Below are positions 27,935 through 36,221 of a stretch of DNA of 45,290 bases, in pieces. The first letter of the stretch is position 1, and each line of letters opens with the position of its first letter. The translations under genes and the position numbers were made by a program. A model generated the notes under the pieces. That model ran no database searches. It saw only the letters and a program-made list of their open reading frames with translations, and was not told the origin of the DNA. This DNA comes from Trueperaceae bacterium (GTDB lineage Bacteria; Deinococcota; Deinococci; Deinococcales; Trueperaceae), in assembly GCA_040905465.1 (NCBI GenBank), contig JBBDRK010000026.1, positions 1-45,290 of the forward strand, read 5' to 3'.

Positions 27935-29071
27935 CTAGCGCCGGTGGTCGACAACCATTTTGCCACCCTTGATGACAGCGGCGGCGCTCAGGTTCTGTTC
28001 GGCGTCCCAAGTCCTGCCCATGCTATCGCTATACCTGAAGTTGCCACTCTCCAGGGAGAGGAGCGCGATATCCGCATGCGCCCCGGCCCGAAGGTGGCCG
28101 ATATCCCGGGGAAGGTTCAGGCTCCGGACGCAGGCGATGGTAGAACGCTCGATAACCTCCGACACTGGCATGCCGAGCGAGAGGAACTTGGCGAGGGTAG
28201 TCACCTGATCGAATACCGGTCCGTCTATGTTGAGTGCATGTACGTCGCTGCTGACGGTATGGGGCTTGAGTCCCTCGCGCAGGGCCTTCTCCGCCACCTC
28301 CAGCGAGAAGCTGCCCATGCCATGCCCCACGTCCAGCAGCACACCCCGATCCAAGGCGTCGAGCATCGCCCTGCTCACCTCGCCTTTCTCGTCGAGCACA
28401 CTCCTGGTCTGCTCTTCGAAGCAGTGGGTCAGGATGTCTCCGGGGCGCAAGACGGCCAACAACTCCTCCACCGGCATGGCCAGGTCGCTGATGTGAATCA
28501 TCAAAGGCAGCGCCGTGGCCTCCGCAGCCTCGAGGGCGAGCCGCAACGCCTCGGTCGCGTGGTCTCCCACCTGTTTTTTCCCCAGGCGTATCTTCATTCC
28601 CACTATGGTGTCTCGGTTGGCGTTTACCACCGAAACTGCGTTCTCGACGTCGGCGTGGCGCAGGTCGAGGAGTTCACCGTTCCTGCCGAGTATGCCGTGG
28701 TCGGCTATGTGTAGGAGGGCGAATATCCGGGTCGTCACGGAATCGATGACGTAGCGGCGAAAGCCTGGGAACGTCAGGGCTCCGGCTGAACCGGTGTCGA
28801 CCGCGGTCGTCACACCCCGGTCCAGGCAGTAGCTGTCGGCGTTCACCCCGTACACCCCAACCCCCTCGTACACGTGAACGTGCAGGTCGATCAGGCCGGG
28901 CGTGACCAGGAACCCTGACGCCTCGACCACCCGCCGGGATTCGGAACGGTCGATGTCGCGCTCAACAGCGACTACGCGCCCCTCTCGCACCCCCACGTCG
29001 CGCTCGTCGCCTGCCAGACCTTGGGTGCTGTCGTATACCTGGCCCCCCTTTATCAGCATGTCGTATTTCAT
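27935..29071 (-). CDS. Amidohydrolase/deacetylase (dihydroorotase-like, EF_0837/AHA_3915-type)
   Basis: Motifs PGLIDLHVH, DTGSAG, GMKIR, MIHI, THCF, DVGHG and SSDVH. ATG 29071 follows GAGGAG. Confidence 0.88.
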   Translation of the reverse strand: MKYDMLIKGGQVYDSTQGLAGDERDVGVREGRVVAVERDIDRSESRRVVEASGFLVTPGLIDLHVHVYEGVGVYGVNADSYCLDRGVTTAVDTGSAGALTFPGFRRYVIDSVTTRIFALLHIADHGILGRNGELLDLRHADVENAVSVVNANRDTIVGMKIRLGKKQVGDHATEALRLALEAAEATALPLMIHISDLAMPVEELLAVLRPGDILTHCFEEQTRSVLDEKGEVSRAMLDALDRGVLLDVGHGMGSFSLEVAEKALREGLKPHTVSSDVHALNIDGPVFDQVTTLAKFLSLGMPVSEVIERSTIACVRSLNLPRDIGHLRAGAHADIALLSLESGNFRYSDSMGRTWDAEQNLSAAAVIKGGKMVVDHRR

Positions 29072-29185
29072 GGAATCAGCTCCTCGTTGCCCAGGGAAGT
29101 ACACTCGCAGCCCGCCATCGCCGTACGCCGGCGCAGCAGAAACTGTAGCGGTGGGTAGGTGGCGCGGGCTTGCTGGCCCGCCAGC

Positions 29186-30100
29186 TCAGAGATCACTGAA
29201 TCGCGGGTCCAAAAAGTCTCGCAAGCCGTCGCCGATCGAGTTCAAAGCCAGCACAGTTACCGCGATGGCGAGCCCGGGGGGAATCATCATCCACGGTGCC
29301 TGCGTCATGTAGAGCCGCGCTTCGCTGAGCATGCTCCCCCAGGAAGGCACCGAGGGGGGCACACCGACCCCGAGGAAGCTCAACGCTGCTTCCGCTTGAA
29401 CCGCATAGGCGAAGATAAAAGTGGCCTGTACGATGATCGGGGACAGGCAGTTCGGCAGGATGTGCCGCCCGATAATCCGAGCATTCCTGCTTCCCAGGGC
29501 GCCCGCTGCCTCTACGTAGGGCGTCTGCTTCACTCCCAGGACCGCACTGCGGACGATGCGGGCCGTGCGCGGAGCGTAGACGGCGCTGAGCGCGATAATG
29601 ACGTTGATCAGCGTCGGTCCGAGCGCCGCCATCAGCGCGACGGCCAACAAGATGACTGGAAACGCCATCAGTCCGTCCATGATTCTCATCAGGAGCGTGT
29701 CTGCCCGAGGATAGTAACCGGCGAGGGTACCGATTATGACTCCCGCGACCGTCGACACCACCACGGACGCAAATCCCGCGATCAAGGAGATTCGGGCACC
29801 GTGTATCAGTCGGCTCAGAACGTCCCGGCCGAGATTGTCGGTGCCGAGCCAGAACTCGCTGGAAGGGGAGTGGAGCCGCGAACGGACGTTCATTCCGGTA
29901 GGACTGAACGGAGCGAGGACATCCGCGAACACGGCTACCAGGACCAGAATGAGGAACACTACGGCCCCATAGAGCACGATGCGTCGGCGGAAAAGCCTCT
30001 TCACGCTGGCGAGGACTCGAAATACTTCGTTGCGCCTGCCTGGGGGAGCCGGCTTCAGCCGATCACCCTGGGACGATCCGCCGTGTGTTGCCTGCCTCAC
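29186..30100 (-). CDS. Dpp/Opp-family ABC permease (DppC-like)
   Basis: Motifs WLGTDNLGRD, YVEAAGALG, HILPN, EAALSFLG and GDGLRDFLDP. Confidence 0.92.
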   Translation of the reverse strand: MRQATHGGSSQGDRLKPAPPGRRNEVFRVLASVKRLFRRRIVLYGAVVFLILVLVAVFADVLAPFSPTGMNVRSRLHSPSSEFWLGTDNLGRDVLSRLIHGARISLIAGFASVVVSTVAGVIIGTLAGYYPRADTLLMRIMDGLMAFPVILLAVALMAALGPTLINVIIALSAVYAPRTARIVRSAVLGVKQTPYVEAAGALGSRNARIIGRHILPNCLSPIIVQATFIFAYAVQAEAALSFLGVGVPPSVPSWGSMLSEARLYMTQAPWMMIPPGLAIAVTVLALNSIGDGLRDFLDPRFSDL

Positions 30101-30185
30101 TCGAGGACGCTCCTGCCTGGGGAGCGAGACGCTGCCGGTCGGTATTCGCGAGCCGAGAAAAAAGTCTTGATCTCCATTCCTCGCC

Positions 30186-31133
30186 TCAGTACCTGATCCT
30201 GGGGTCGGCCACGGTGTACAGCAGGTCGACGAGCAGGTTGACGACTACGTAGACCAGGGCGGTCAGTAGAACGATGCCTTGAATGACGGGATAGTCCCTT
30301 CGCGATATCGAAGAGATCACCAGGCGACCCAGGCCGGGAATTGCGAACACGGTTTCCACGACTACAGCCCCGCTGAGGAGTGCGGCGAGAACCAGGCCGA
30401 TAACCGTCAGTACCGGAACCAGCGCGTTCGTAAGCACGTGGCGCACGACGACGATCTGGCGGCTTGCCCCCTTCGCGACGGCGGTCCTGACGAAGTCCTG
30501 TTGAAAGACGTCGAGCATGGTCGAGCGAGTGATACGACTGATAATGGCTGCCTGTGACAAGCCCAGCGCAACCGCCGGCAGGACAAGATGCCACAGGCTG
30601 CGCCACACTCCCTTTTCAGCGATAGGCGGATAACCGGTTGCCGGGAACCAGCCGAACTCGACTGCGAAAACCAGAATGAAGATGAGTCCCAGCCAGAAAT
30701 TGGGAATGGAGACGCCTACCAGCGCAAGCGTAGAAATGAACTGATCCGCCCATCGGTTGTGATGCATGGCCGAGAGGATTCCGGTGACGACCCCGAACAC
30801 GACGGCGATAATAAGAGAAAACAGGGTCAGGACGATGGTCGGCTCGACCCGTTCCAGGAGTGCTGTCAGCACGGAACGGTCCAGTGCGAGCGATTCACCC
30901 AAATCACCCCGCAGCAGGCCACCGACAAAACTGAGATATTGGATGTAGATGGGCCGCTCGAGCCCCAGTGACTGGCGGAGCCGAGTGACGTCTTCTTCGG
31001 AAGCGATGTCGCCGAGCATCAGTCGCGCCGGATCTCCGGGGGTCAAGTGGAGAATGCCGAAGACCACGACGGTCACGACCAAGAGAACGGGAACGATCTC
31101 GATAACGCGTCTAAGTAAATATGCCGCCGTCAT
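30186..31133 (-). CDS. Dpp/Opp-family ABC permease (DppB-like)
   Basis: Motifs PGDPA, GDLGES, DFVRTAVAKG, RDYPVIQG and DPRIRY. Confidence 0.92.
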   Translation of the reverse strand: MTAAYLLRRVIEIVPVLLVVTVVVFGILHLTPGDPARLMLGDIASEEDVTRLRQSLGLERPIYIQYLSFVGGLLRGDLGESLALDRSVLTALLERVEPTIVLTLFSLIIAVVFGVVTGILSAMHHNRWADQFISTLALVGVSIPNFWLGLIFILVFAVEFGWFPATGYPPIAEKGVWRSLWHLVLPAVALGLSQAAIISRITRSTMLDVFQQDFVRTAVAKGASRQIVVVRHVLTNALVPVLTVIGLVLAALLSGAVVVETVFAIPGLGRLVISSISRRDYPVIQGIVLLTALVYVVVNLLVDLLYTVADPRIRY

Positions 31134-31188
31134 CTATGCTCCTCGACAGGTCGCCCAGAGGGCGCTGCGCTTCTCCACGAACGCAGAA

Positions 31189-31229
31189 TCGAGCATGCCC
31201 GGCGCCCAGGTGGGCGCCGGGTTACTCGA
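31189..31229. terminator. Stem-loop 3' of the binding-protein gene
   Basis: TCGAG-catg-CCCGGCGCCC-aggt-GGGCGCCGGG-tta-CTCGA. Confidence 0.55.
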
Positions 31230-31264
31230 CAAATCAGCCGTTCACCATACGCGTCCCGTCACGC

Positions 31265-32839
31265 CTACTGTTCCTTCCAGCTGTTCCAGTAGGACGGCAT
31301 TCCCTGGGTGGCAGCCTCGCCCGGCTGAAAGTCGGGGCTCTTGATGTCCAACCCGTACAACTCTCCCAGCATCATGGACGGCAGATACTCGTAGTTGTAC
31401 GCCAACAGGTCGTCCCAGGCCGCCTGCCTCTCTTCGAGGCTGGTAGCGGTATGCACTCGGTCCACCAGTTCGCTGCGGCGCTCTTCGTCCCACCAACCGG
31501 GATAGGTCGAGGAGAGCGTATTGACCAACACGGGATCGGGAGCGAAGCCGTGGTGAGTAACGAATACGTCCCAGGCACCCTCCTGCGAGCGGATGTCGAG
31601 GAGCGTTCCCCACTCGACGGCCATGAGCTCGATATTGAACCCGGCCGCTTCCAGTTGCTGCTCGGCCGCGAGGCTCATCAGGTAGTGCTGGTTGTAGTCG
31701 GGACTGACGAGCCAACGGATCGGCTGCCCGTCATAGCCCGCTTCCTCTGCCAACTGGCGGGCCCGCTCAGGGTCGGCCTGGTTGTATTGATCTGCTCCGG
31801 CCTCCGTCTTGAACGGCGTGTCTCCTACCATGTAGTTGTGTTCGAGATTCCAGAACTCCTCGGGGCCTGCGGCGGCGATGAGCAACTCCTCCATGTCGAG
31901 CGCCGCGTTGACCGCCTGACGCAACTTCTGATTCGTCATGAGCCCTTGGCGCTTGTTGAAGAACGCCACTCCCCATATGAAGGGCTTTCGAATCACGGTA
32001 TCGACACTGGTATCAGCTTCCAGGGCGGCGTAGGCGTCGGGAGCTATCTGCCAGCCGTAGTCGTAGTCGCCGGTCTGGGTTCCAGCGATCCTGGTGGCCG
32101 TTTCCGGCACAACGGCGAACCGTATGGTGTCGAGGTACGCCACGCGTTCCCCGGAGTACCCGTCACTGGCGGTATCCAACGCCTGATAGCCGTCGAATCT
32201 CTTGACTTCGACGTGACGATCGGGAAGCCATTGGACGAACTCGTAAGGTCCGGTGCCGATGTGGTCTCTGATCGGATCGGACCCGTACTTTTCGATGATC
32301 TCGCTCGGATAGATTCCAGCACCGCCGCTATGGTGCGCAAGAAGCGAAAGGAGCGGCGCGAACGGAGCGTTAAGGCTCAGTTCCACCGTATGATCGTCGA
32401 CCGCCTCGAGACTGGTGATGTAGTCTCTGACGTTGCTCCCCCGCGGTGAGACCTCGGTCCAACGGCGGAGTGAAGCGACGACATCGTCAGCCGTCAAATC
32501 GGTGCCGTCATGGAACTTCACTCCCTCGCGGAGCACGAAGGTATAGTTCATCCCGTCTTCGCTGGTCTTTATATCCTTGGCGAGGTGCGGCTGAGGGCTC
32601 CAATTGCTGTCGAAAGCGACTAGTGTCTCCAACCAATGCGAGGAGATCGAGCCTGCAACCTCGGCCGTCGTTATATGCATGTCCAACGTTTGCGCTTCAC
32701 CAGGCAAGGCGATGGTGGCTACCCCGCCATGTTGAGCCGAATCGCTCTGCTGCGCTAGGGCGCAGCCGAGAAGCAGGTACCCGGCGACGAGTATCAGGCT
32801 GAGGAGACGTGTGCTACACCGGTTCAGTTGTAGGAACAT
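31265..32839 (-). CDS. ABC transporter substrate-binding protein, family 5
   Basis: Signal peptide (ALA-QQ); motifs LREGVKFHDG, IGTGPY, LRQAVNAALD and DPERARQL. Start refined to ATG 32839. Confidence 0.92.
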   Translation of the reverse strand: MFLQLNRCSTRLLSLILVAGYLLLGCALAQQSDSAQHGGVATIALPGEAQTLDMHITTAEVAGSISSHWLETLVAFDSNWSPQPHLAKDIKTSEDGMNYTFVLREGVKFHDGTDLTADDVVASLRRWTEVSPRGSNVRDYITSLEAVDDHTVELSLNAPFAPLLSLLAHHSGGAGIYPSEIIEKYGSDPIRDHIGTGPYEFVQWLPDRHVEVKRFDGYQALDTASDGYSGERVAYLDTIRFAVVPETATRIAGTQTGDYDYGWQIAPDAYAALEADTSVDTVIRKPFIWGVAFFNKRQGLMTNQKLRQAVNAALDMEELLIAAAGPEEFWNLEHNYMVGDTPFKTEAGADQYNQADPERARQLAEEAGYDGQPIRWLVSPDYNQHYLMSLAAEQQLEAAGFNIELMAVEWGTLLDIRSQEGAWDVFVTHHGFAPDPVLVNTLSSTYPGWWDEERRSELVDRVHTATSLEERQAAWDDLLAYNYEYLPSMMLGELYGLDIKSPDFQPGEAATQGMPSYWNSWKEQ

Positions 32840-33066
32840 AGTACGACCTTTCTCTTCTGGACATTCGTCATGCAATCAGTCGTTGTCGGACGGGCATCTC
32901 CAGTCGAACTCCACAGTCTCGGCGCCGAAACATCACCTCCCTATAGGCCATCGGCGGAACCGCAAATGGCTACATCGGGGATTCGAAGAGTTGGGATCAT
33001 GGGTTCGGAATACCGTCCCAAGAGCTGTCGGGCGCAAAAGAGTCACGCGCAGTCGTGTCCTTAAAG

Positions 33067-34167
33067 TTATCCACGGGGAAGGTGGCTGCACAGGAAGGTA
33101 AGCCAGTTCCCGTGCATGACCGCGGCTATGTCGCCTTCGCCGAAACCGCGGCTCGAGAGCATCTTCGGGATCTTTTGCAGATCGGCAATCGTATCCAAGT
33201 CTCGAGGGGTCTGCTCGGTGCCGAAACCGCCATCGAGGTCGGTGCCGATGGCTGCGTGCCGAGTGTCGCCGCTGAGTTCGCAGATGTGGGCGATGTGGTC
33301 GACAAGAGCATCGAGGCTCACCACATTCGGCGACGTTTCCCCTCGTACCCAGCCGGGGTAGAGCATCCAGGCGTCGAGAGCGCATCCAACGACTCCGCCT
33401 CGCTCGATTATCGCTTTCAGTTGTTCGTCGGAAAATTGGCGCTGGCCCGGGACCAGTTCTCGGCAGTTGTTGTGGCTCGCCAAGACCGGACCATCCCATT
33501 GATCCATCGCCTGCCAGAAGCTCTCATCGGCCAGATGAGTTACGTCGAGGATCATGCCGAGCCGCCTCATTTCGCGGAGGAGAGGTTTGGCTGCTTCCTT
33601 GAGTCCTCCTTCGCTTCCGGTGCCGTGGGCGTAGAGGCTCTCCTGATAGTGAGTCATGCCGATTACTCGAAGACCCTCGTTCCACCAGGATTGCACCTGT
33701 TCTGGCGATGAAATCGAGTCCGCTCCTTCCATGGTCACGATCAGCCCGGGCGGAGGAACGCGATCGGTAGCTGCCGTCGGAACTTGCGCTTGGCGACTCT
33801 CCCACTCGCCCCACTGTTGCCAGTGCGTGTCGAGTTCTTGCCGGTTTCCGATCAGCCTCAACAGGCCTTGGGACTGCAGAAAGCGGTAGTAGGCGAGCTG
33901 CCCCTGGGCCATCCCGTAGGCAATCCCTGCGCTTTCGTATCTCGGCAGGTTCGGGGAGGGGGAGCCGCCGGTGCGTGCAAGCACGGTGCCGAGGGCCAAG
34001 GCTATCCGGCCGCGTTGAAGCTCCGGGACCGAAACGGTATTTGCTCCGCGACCCTTGCCCGCCATCCCCTTCTCGCGCCGGCGGATTTCGGCCACCGGGA
34101 GGGTTAGATCGCGGTTCCACATGAGCGCGTTCATGCCAAGGTCCAGGTGAGAATCGATTATGAGCAC
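33067..34167 (-). CDS. Membrane/renal dipeptidase family (peptidase M19)
   Basis: Motifs IIDSHLD, TMEGAD, DVTHL, ASHNN and IGTDLDGG. Confidence 0.9.
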   Translation of the reverse strand: MLIIDSHLDLGMNALMWNRDLTLPVAEIRRREKGMAGKGRGANTVSVPELQRGRIALALGTVLARTGGSPSPNLPRYESAGIAYGMAQGQLAYYRFLQSQGLLRLIGNRQELDTHWQQWGEWESRQAQVPTAATDRVPPPGLIVTMEGADSISSPEQVQSWWNEGLRVIGMTHYQESLYAHGTGSEGGLKEAAKPLLREMRRLGMILDVTHLADESFWQAMDQWDGPVLASHNNCRELVPGQRQFSDEQLKAIIERGGVVGCALDAWMLYPGWVRGETSPNVVSLDALVDHIAHICELSGDTRHAAIGTDLDGGFGTEQTPRDLDTIADLQKIPKMLSSRGFGEGDIAAVMHGNWLTFLCSHLPRG

Positions 34168-34199
34168 GGATGATCCAATCTGCTCACCAGGATCGGCGT

Positions 34200-35123
34200 T
34201 TACGCTACCGCTCGCTCGCGCTCGGCCAGGTCGGTGGCAGCTGCCGCAACGCGATCTCGGTCGGTTTCATCCAGGTTGCTCGACAGCGGAAGGATCGGGC
34301 CCATATCGGCAATATCTGCCAGCGATACCGCATCGTGCAGAACACGGATCGGGTTGATGGAATCCCGGAGGTCCTCGAGAGGAAGGAATCTTCCACGAAG
34401 AGACGTGGCTTCTTCGTAGTCCTGGCGTTTGAGTGCGCGGAGAAGCTGCGTGGATTGACGCGGCGCCACGCAAACGGATCCGGATGTGAAAGAGCTGAGC
34501 CCGAAATCGCGCAAATGCACTATTGCCGGCCGCTCTCCGATCCCGCTTATGAGATAACGGCGGTCGACCGTGTCGCAGAGCTCGCGGAGGTAGTCGTCTA
34601 TCAAAGGGTCCTCCCGCACCACGGCGTACTTCACTGCGCACACCAGGCCGTCATCGACCAAGCGCCGGACACCCTCGGCCGTCAGGTAACCTTCGAACTT
34701 CAGATATATGATGATCGGCTTACCGAACCTTTCGGCGAAGCGGCGCAGGCCCGTTTCCACTCCGGCGGGGGTGGCGGCTGTGCTCATCGGCAGCACCATG
34801 GCGGTTGGAAAGTCGAAGTCCGTCAGCACCTCCGCCTGATCCATGAACATTCCGTAGGAGGGGCCCACCGCCGGGATCATCCAGGAATCCTTGGCGGCGA
34901 TTTCAGTCAGGGACTGCAAAATTGCGGCGTACTCGTTGAGGCCGATGTTGTAGAAGTTGGCGTTGCCGCCGTAGAGGATGGTCGAAACGCCGCCTGTCTC
35001 CAGGTAATGGACCAACGCCCGGTTGGCCTCCGTGTTCAGGCTGTAGTCGTCGCGTCTTGCCAAGGGCGGGACGGCAATTACCGAGGCATCGAGGTCTTCA
35101 AAAGTCACCGCTGTCGTTTTCAT
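34200..35123 (-). CDS. Dihydrodipicolinate synthase / N-acetylneuraminate lyase (class I aldolase) family protein
   Basis: Motifs AVPPL, YGGNANFY, IIIYLK, AVKYA (Schiff-base Lys) and SGIGE. ATG 35123 follows AAGGGG. Confidence 0.82.
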   Translation of the reverse strand: MKTTAVTFEDLDASVIAVPPLARRDDYSLNTEANRALVHYLETGGVSTILYGGNANFYNIGLNEYAAILQSLTEIAAKDSWMIPAVGPSYGMFMDQAEVLTDFDFPTAMVLPMSTAATPAGVETGLRRFAERFGKPIIIYLKFEGYLTAEGVRRLVDDGLVCAVKYAVVREDPLIDDYLRELCDTVDRRYLISGIGERPAIVHLRDFGLSSFTSGSVCVAPRQSTQLLRALKRQDYEEATSLRGRFLPLEDLRDSINPIRVLHDAVSLADIADMGPILPLSSNLDETDRDRVAAAATDLAERERAVA

Positions 35124-35191
35124 ATTGAGCCCCTTCAATTCGATCCTGGCTCCGCGTCGGTCGAAGCCTCGAAGCGTGCATCCGTTTATTT

Positions 35192-35212
35192 TTGTATACT
35201 GATGGTATACCA
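35192..35212. promoter_or_regulatory. Tandem GntR/FadR-type operator
   Basis: TTGTATACTG followed by the perfect palindrome TGGTATACCA (35203-35212), in the divergent region between the DHDPS-family gene and gntR. Confidence 0.7.
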
Positions 35213-35298
35213 CATTATCGATTCGGCGGTCAACGACGGTTCGAGGCCGGAAGCCGGCCGGCTGCAGGAGACGATTTCGGGTTGAAGGGACGAGTCAA

Positions 35299-35961
35299 CT
35301 GAACAAGGAAGAAGCATTCAGCGCGATAGTCGATGACATCCTCTCGAACAGACTGCGGCCGGGTCAACCGCTGATCGAGCGTGTGCTTGCCGAGAGGTTT
35401 CGATTGAGTCGTACGCCGATCCGGGAGATTCTGCGTCGCCTCGAGCGGGATCGCCTCGTCGACGTTTATCCCAACAAGGGCGTGTTCGTGCGCCGGCAAT
35501 CACCGAAGGACATTCAAGACCTGTTCCAGTTGCGTATTGCCCTGGAGCCGGTAGCCGCCTCGCTGGCAGCGAGGAATCGTCCCGATAACGAGTTGGCAGA
35601 ACTGCAGGAGCGCTTCTCCGTTCAGACAAAACTGGTCGCGGATGATGCCAAGGGACTGGTCCTTCTCGGTGAATCGCTTCACGACTCGATAGTGCGCTGG
35701 ACGGGTAACACCTTGCTTATCGAGGTTTACCAGTTACTGAGACAGCAGACGAAGCTGGTCCGGAGCATGTTGCAGAAGCGGGTGGATCTGGAGTCTCAAT
35801 CTTTTCAGGAGCATGTTTCCGTACTCGGCGCCATACATGCGAAAGACGCCCGTGCGGCCGATGCCCTGATGCGCGAGCACCTGCAGCGCGCCAACCGGGA
35901 TATCGCCGAGTGGCTGAGCTCGGGGGATGCCTGGTACGGACAGAACGAGAAAGCGGAGTAG
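35299..35961 (+). CDS. GntR-family (FadR/FCD) transcriptional regulator; start codon uncertain
   Basis: wHTH EEAFSAIVDDILSNRLRPGQPLIERVLAERFRLSRTPIRE..PNKGVFV and FCD motifs LFQLRIALE, LHDSI and EHVSVL. Homology extends upstream of the ORF-track start at 35383. CTG 35299 is my proposed start. Confidence 0.85.
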   Translation: MNKEEAFSAIVDDILSNRLRPGQPLIERVLAERFRLSRTPIREILRRLERDRLVDVYPNKGVFVRRQSPKDIQDLFQLRIALEPVAASLAARNRPDNELAELQERFSVQTKLVADDAKGLVLLGESLHDSIVRWTGNTLLIEVYQLLRQQTKLVRSMLQKRVDLESQSFQEHVSVLGAIHAKDARAADALMREHLQRANRDIAEWLSSGDAWYGQNEKAE

Positions 35962-36099
35962 CCGAACTCAACTGGGCGAGAAGGCGCGCGGCTGCTAGCC
36001 GGCTCTGTACCGGGCTTGCGATTGAAGGTAGCTCCCACGGCGATGCAAACGCCCGACCCTGGAACCTCCAGCGCGCCCGGTCCGCCGAACGAATCCATG

Positions 36100-36129
36100 T
36101 TGAAAACGCCATCCTGCGCACGGTACCTT
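36100..36129 (+). promoter_or_regulatory. Putative sigma70 promoter of the NitT/TauT ABC operon
   Basis: TTGAAA (36100-36105), 18 nt, TACCTT (36124-36129). Confidence 0.45.
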
Positions 36130-36148
36130 TATCCATCCCGTCACTGCA

Positions 36149-36221
36149 CCGGGTCGCTCAGCCAGATGGATACATCGACGTAGGTACAATTGCAGAGGAT
36201 CGAAGGGCTGAGCGTGCCCGG
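36149..36221 (+). promoter_or_regulatory. Structured 5' leader, candidate cis-regulatory RNA
   Basis: CCGGGTCGCTCAGCC (36149-36163) pairs with GGCTGAGCGTGCCCGG (36206-36221) and closes a purine-rich core with small hairpins. It lies between the promoter and the RBS of the binding-protein gene. Confidence 0.4.

Noticed and set aside
27935-29071. Biosynthetic dihydroorotase pyrC
   Set aside because: No pyr genes nearby, and the motifs (DTGSAG, DVGHG, SSDVH) fit the deacetylase-like subfamily.
34200-35123. Lysine-biosynthetic dapA
   Set aside because: It lacks GTTGE and sits in a catabolic, GntR-controlled context.
36039-36060. GGCGATGCAAACGCC as a fluoride riboswitch
   Set aside because: Only the GGCGATG start matches. 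The pseudoknot partner and crcB-type downstream gene are absent, and it lies upstream of the predicted promoter.
36205-36215. GGGCTGAGCG as part of a TPP riboswitch
   Set aside because: TPP aptamers need CTGAGA plus a downstream ACCTGAT...GCGNAGG, and neither is present.
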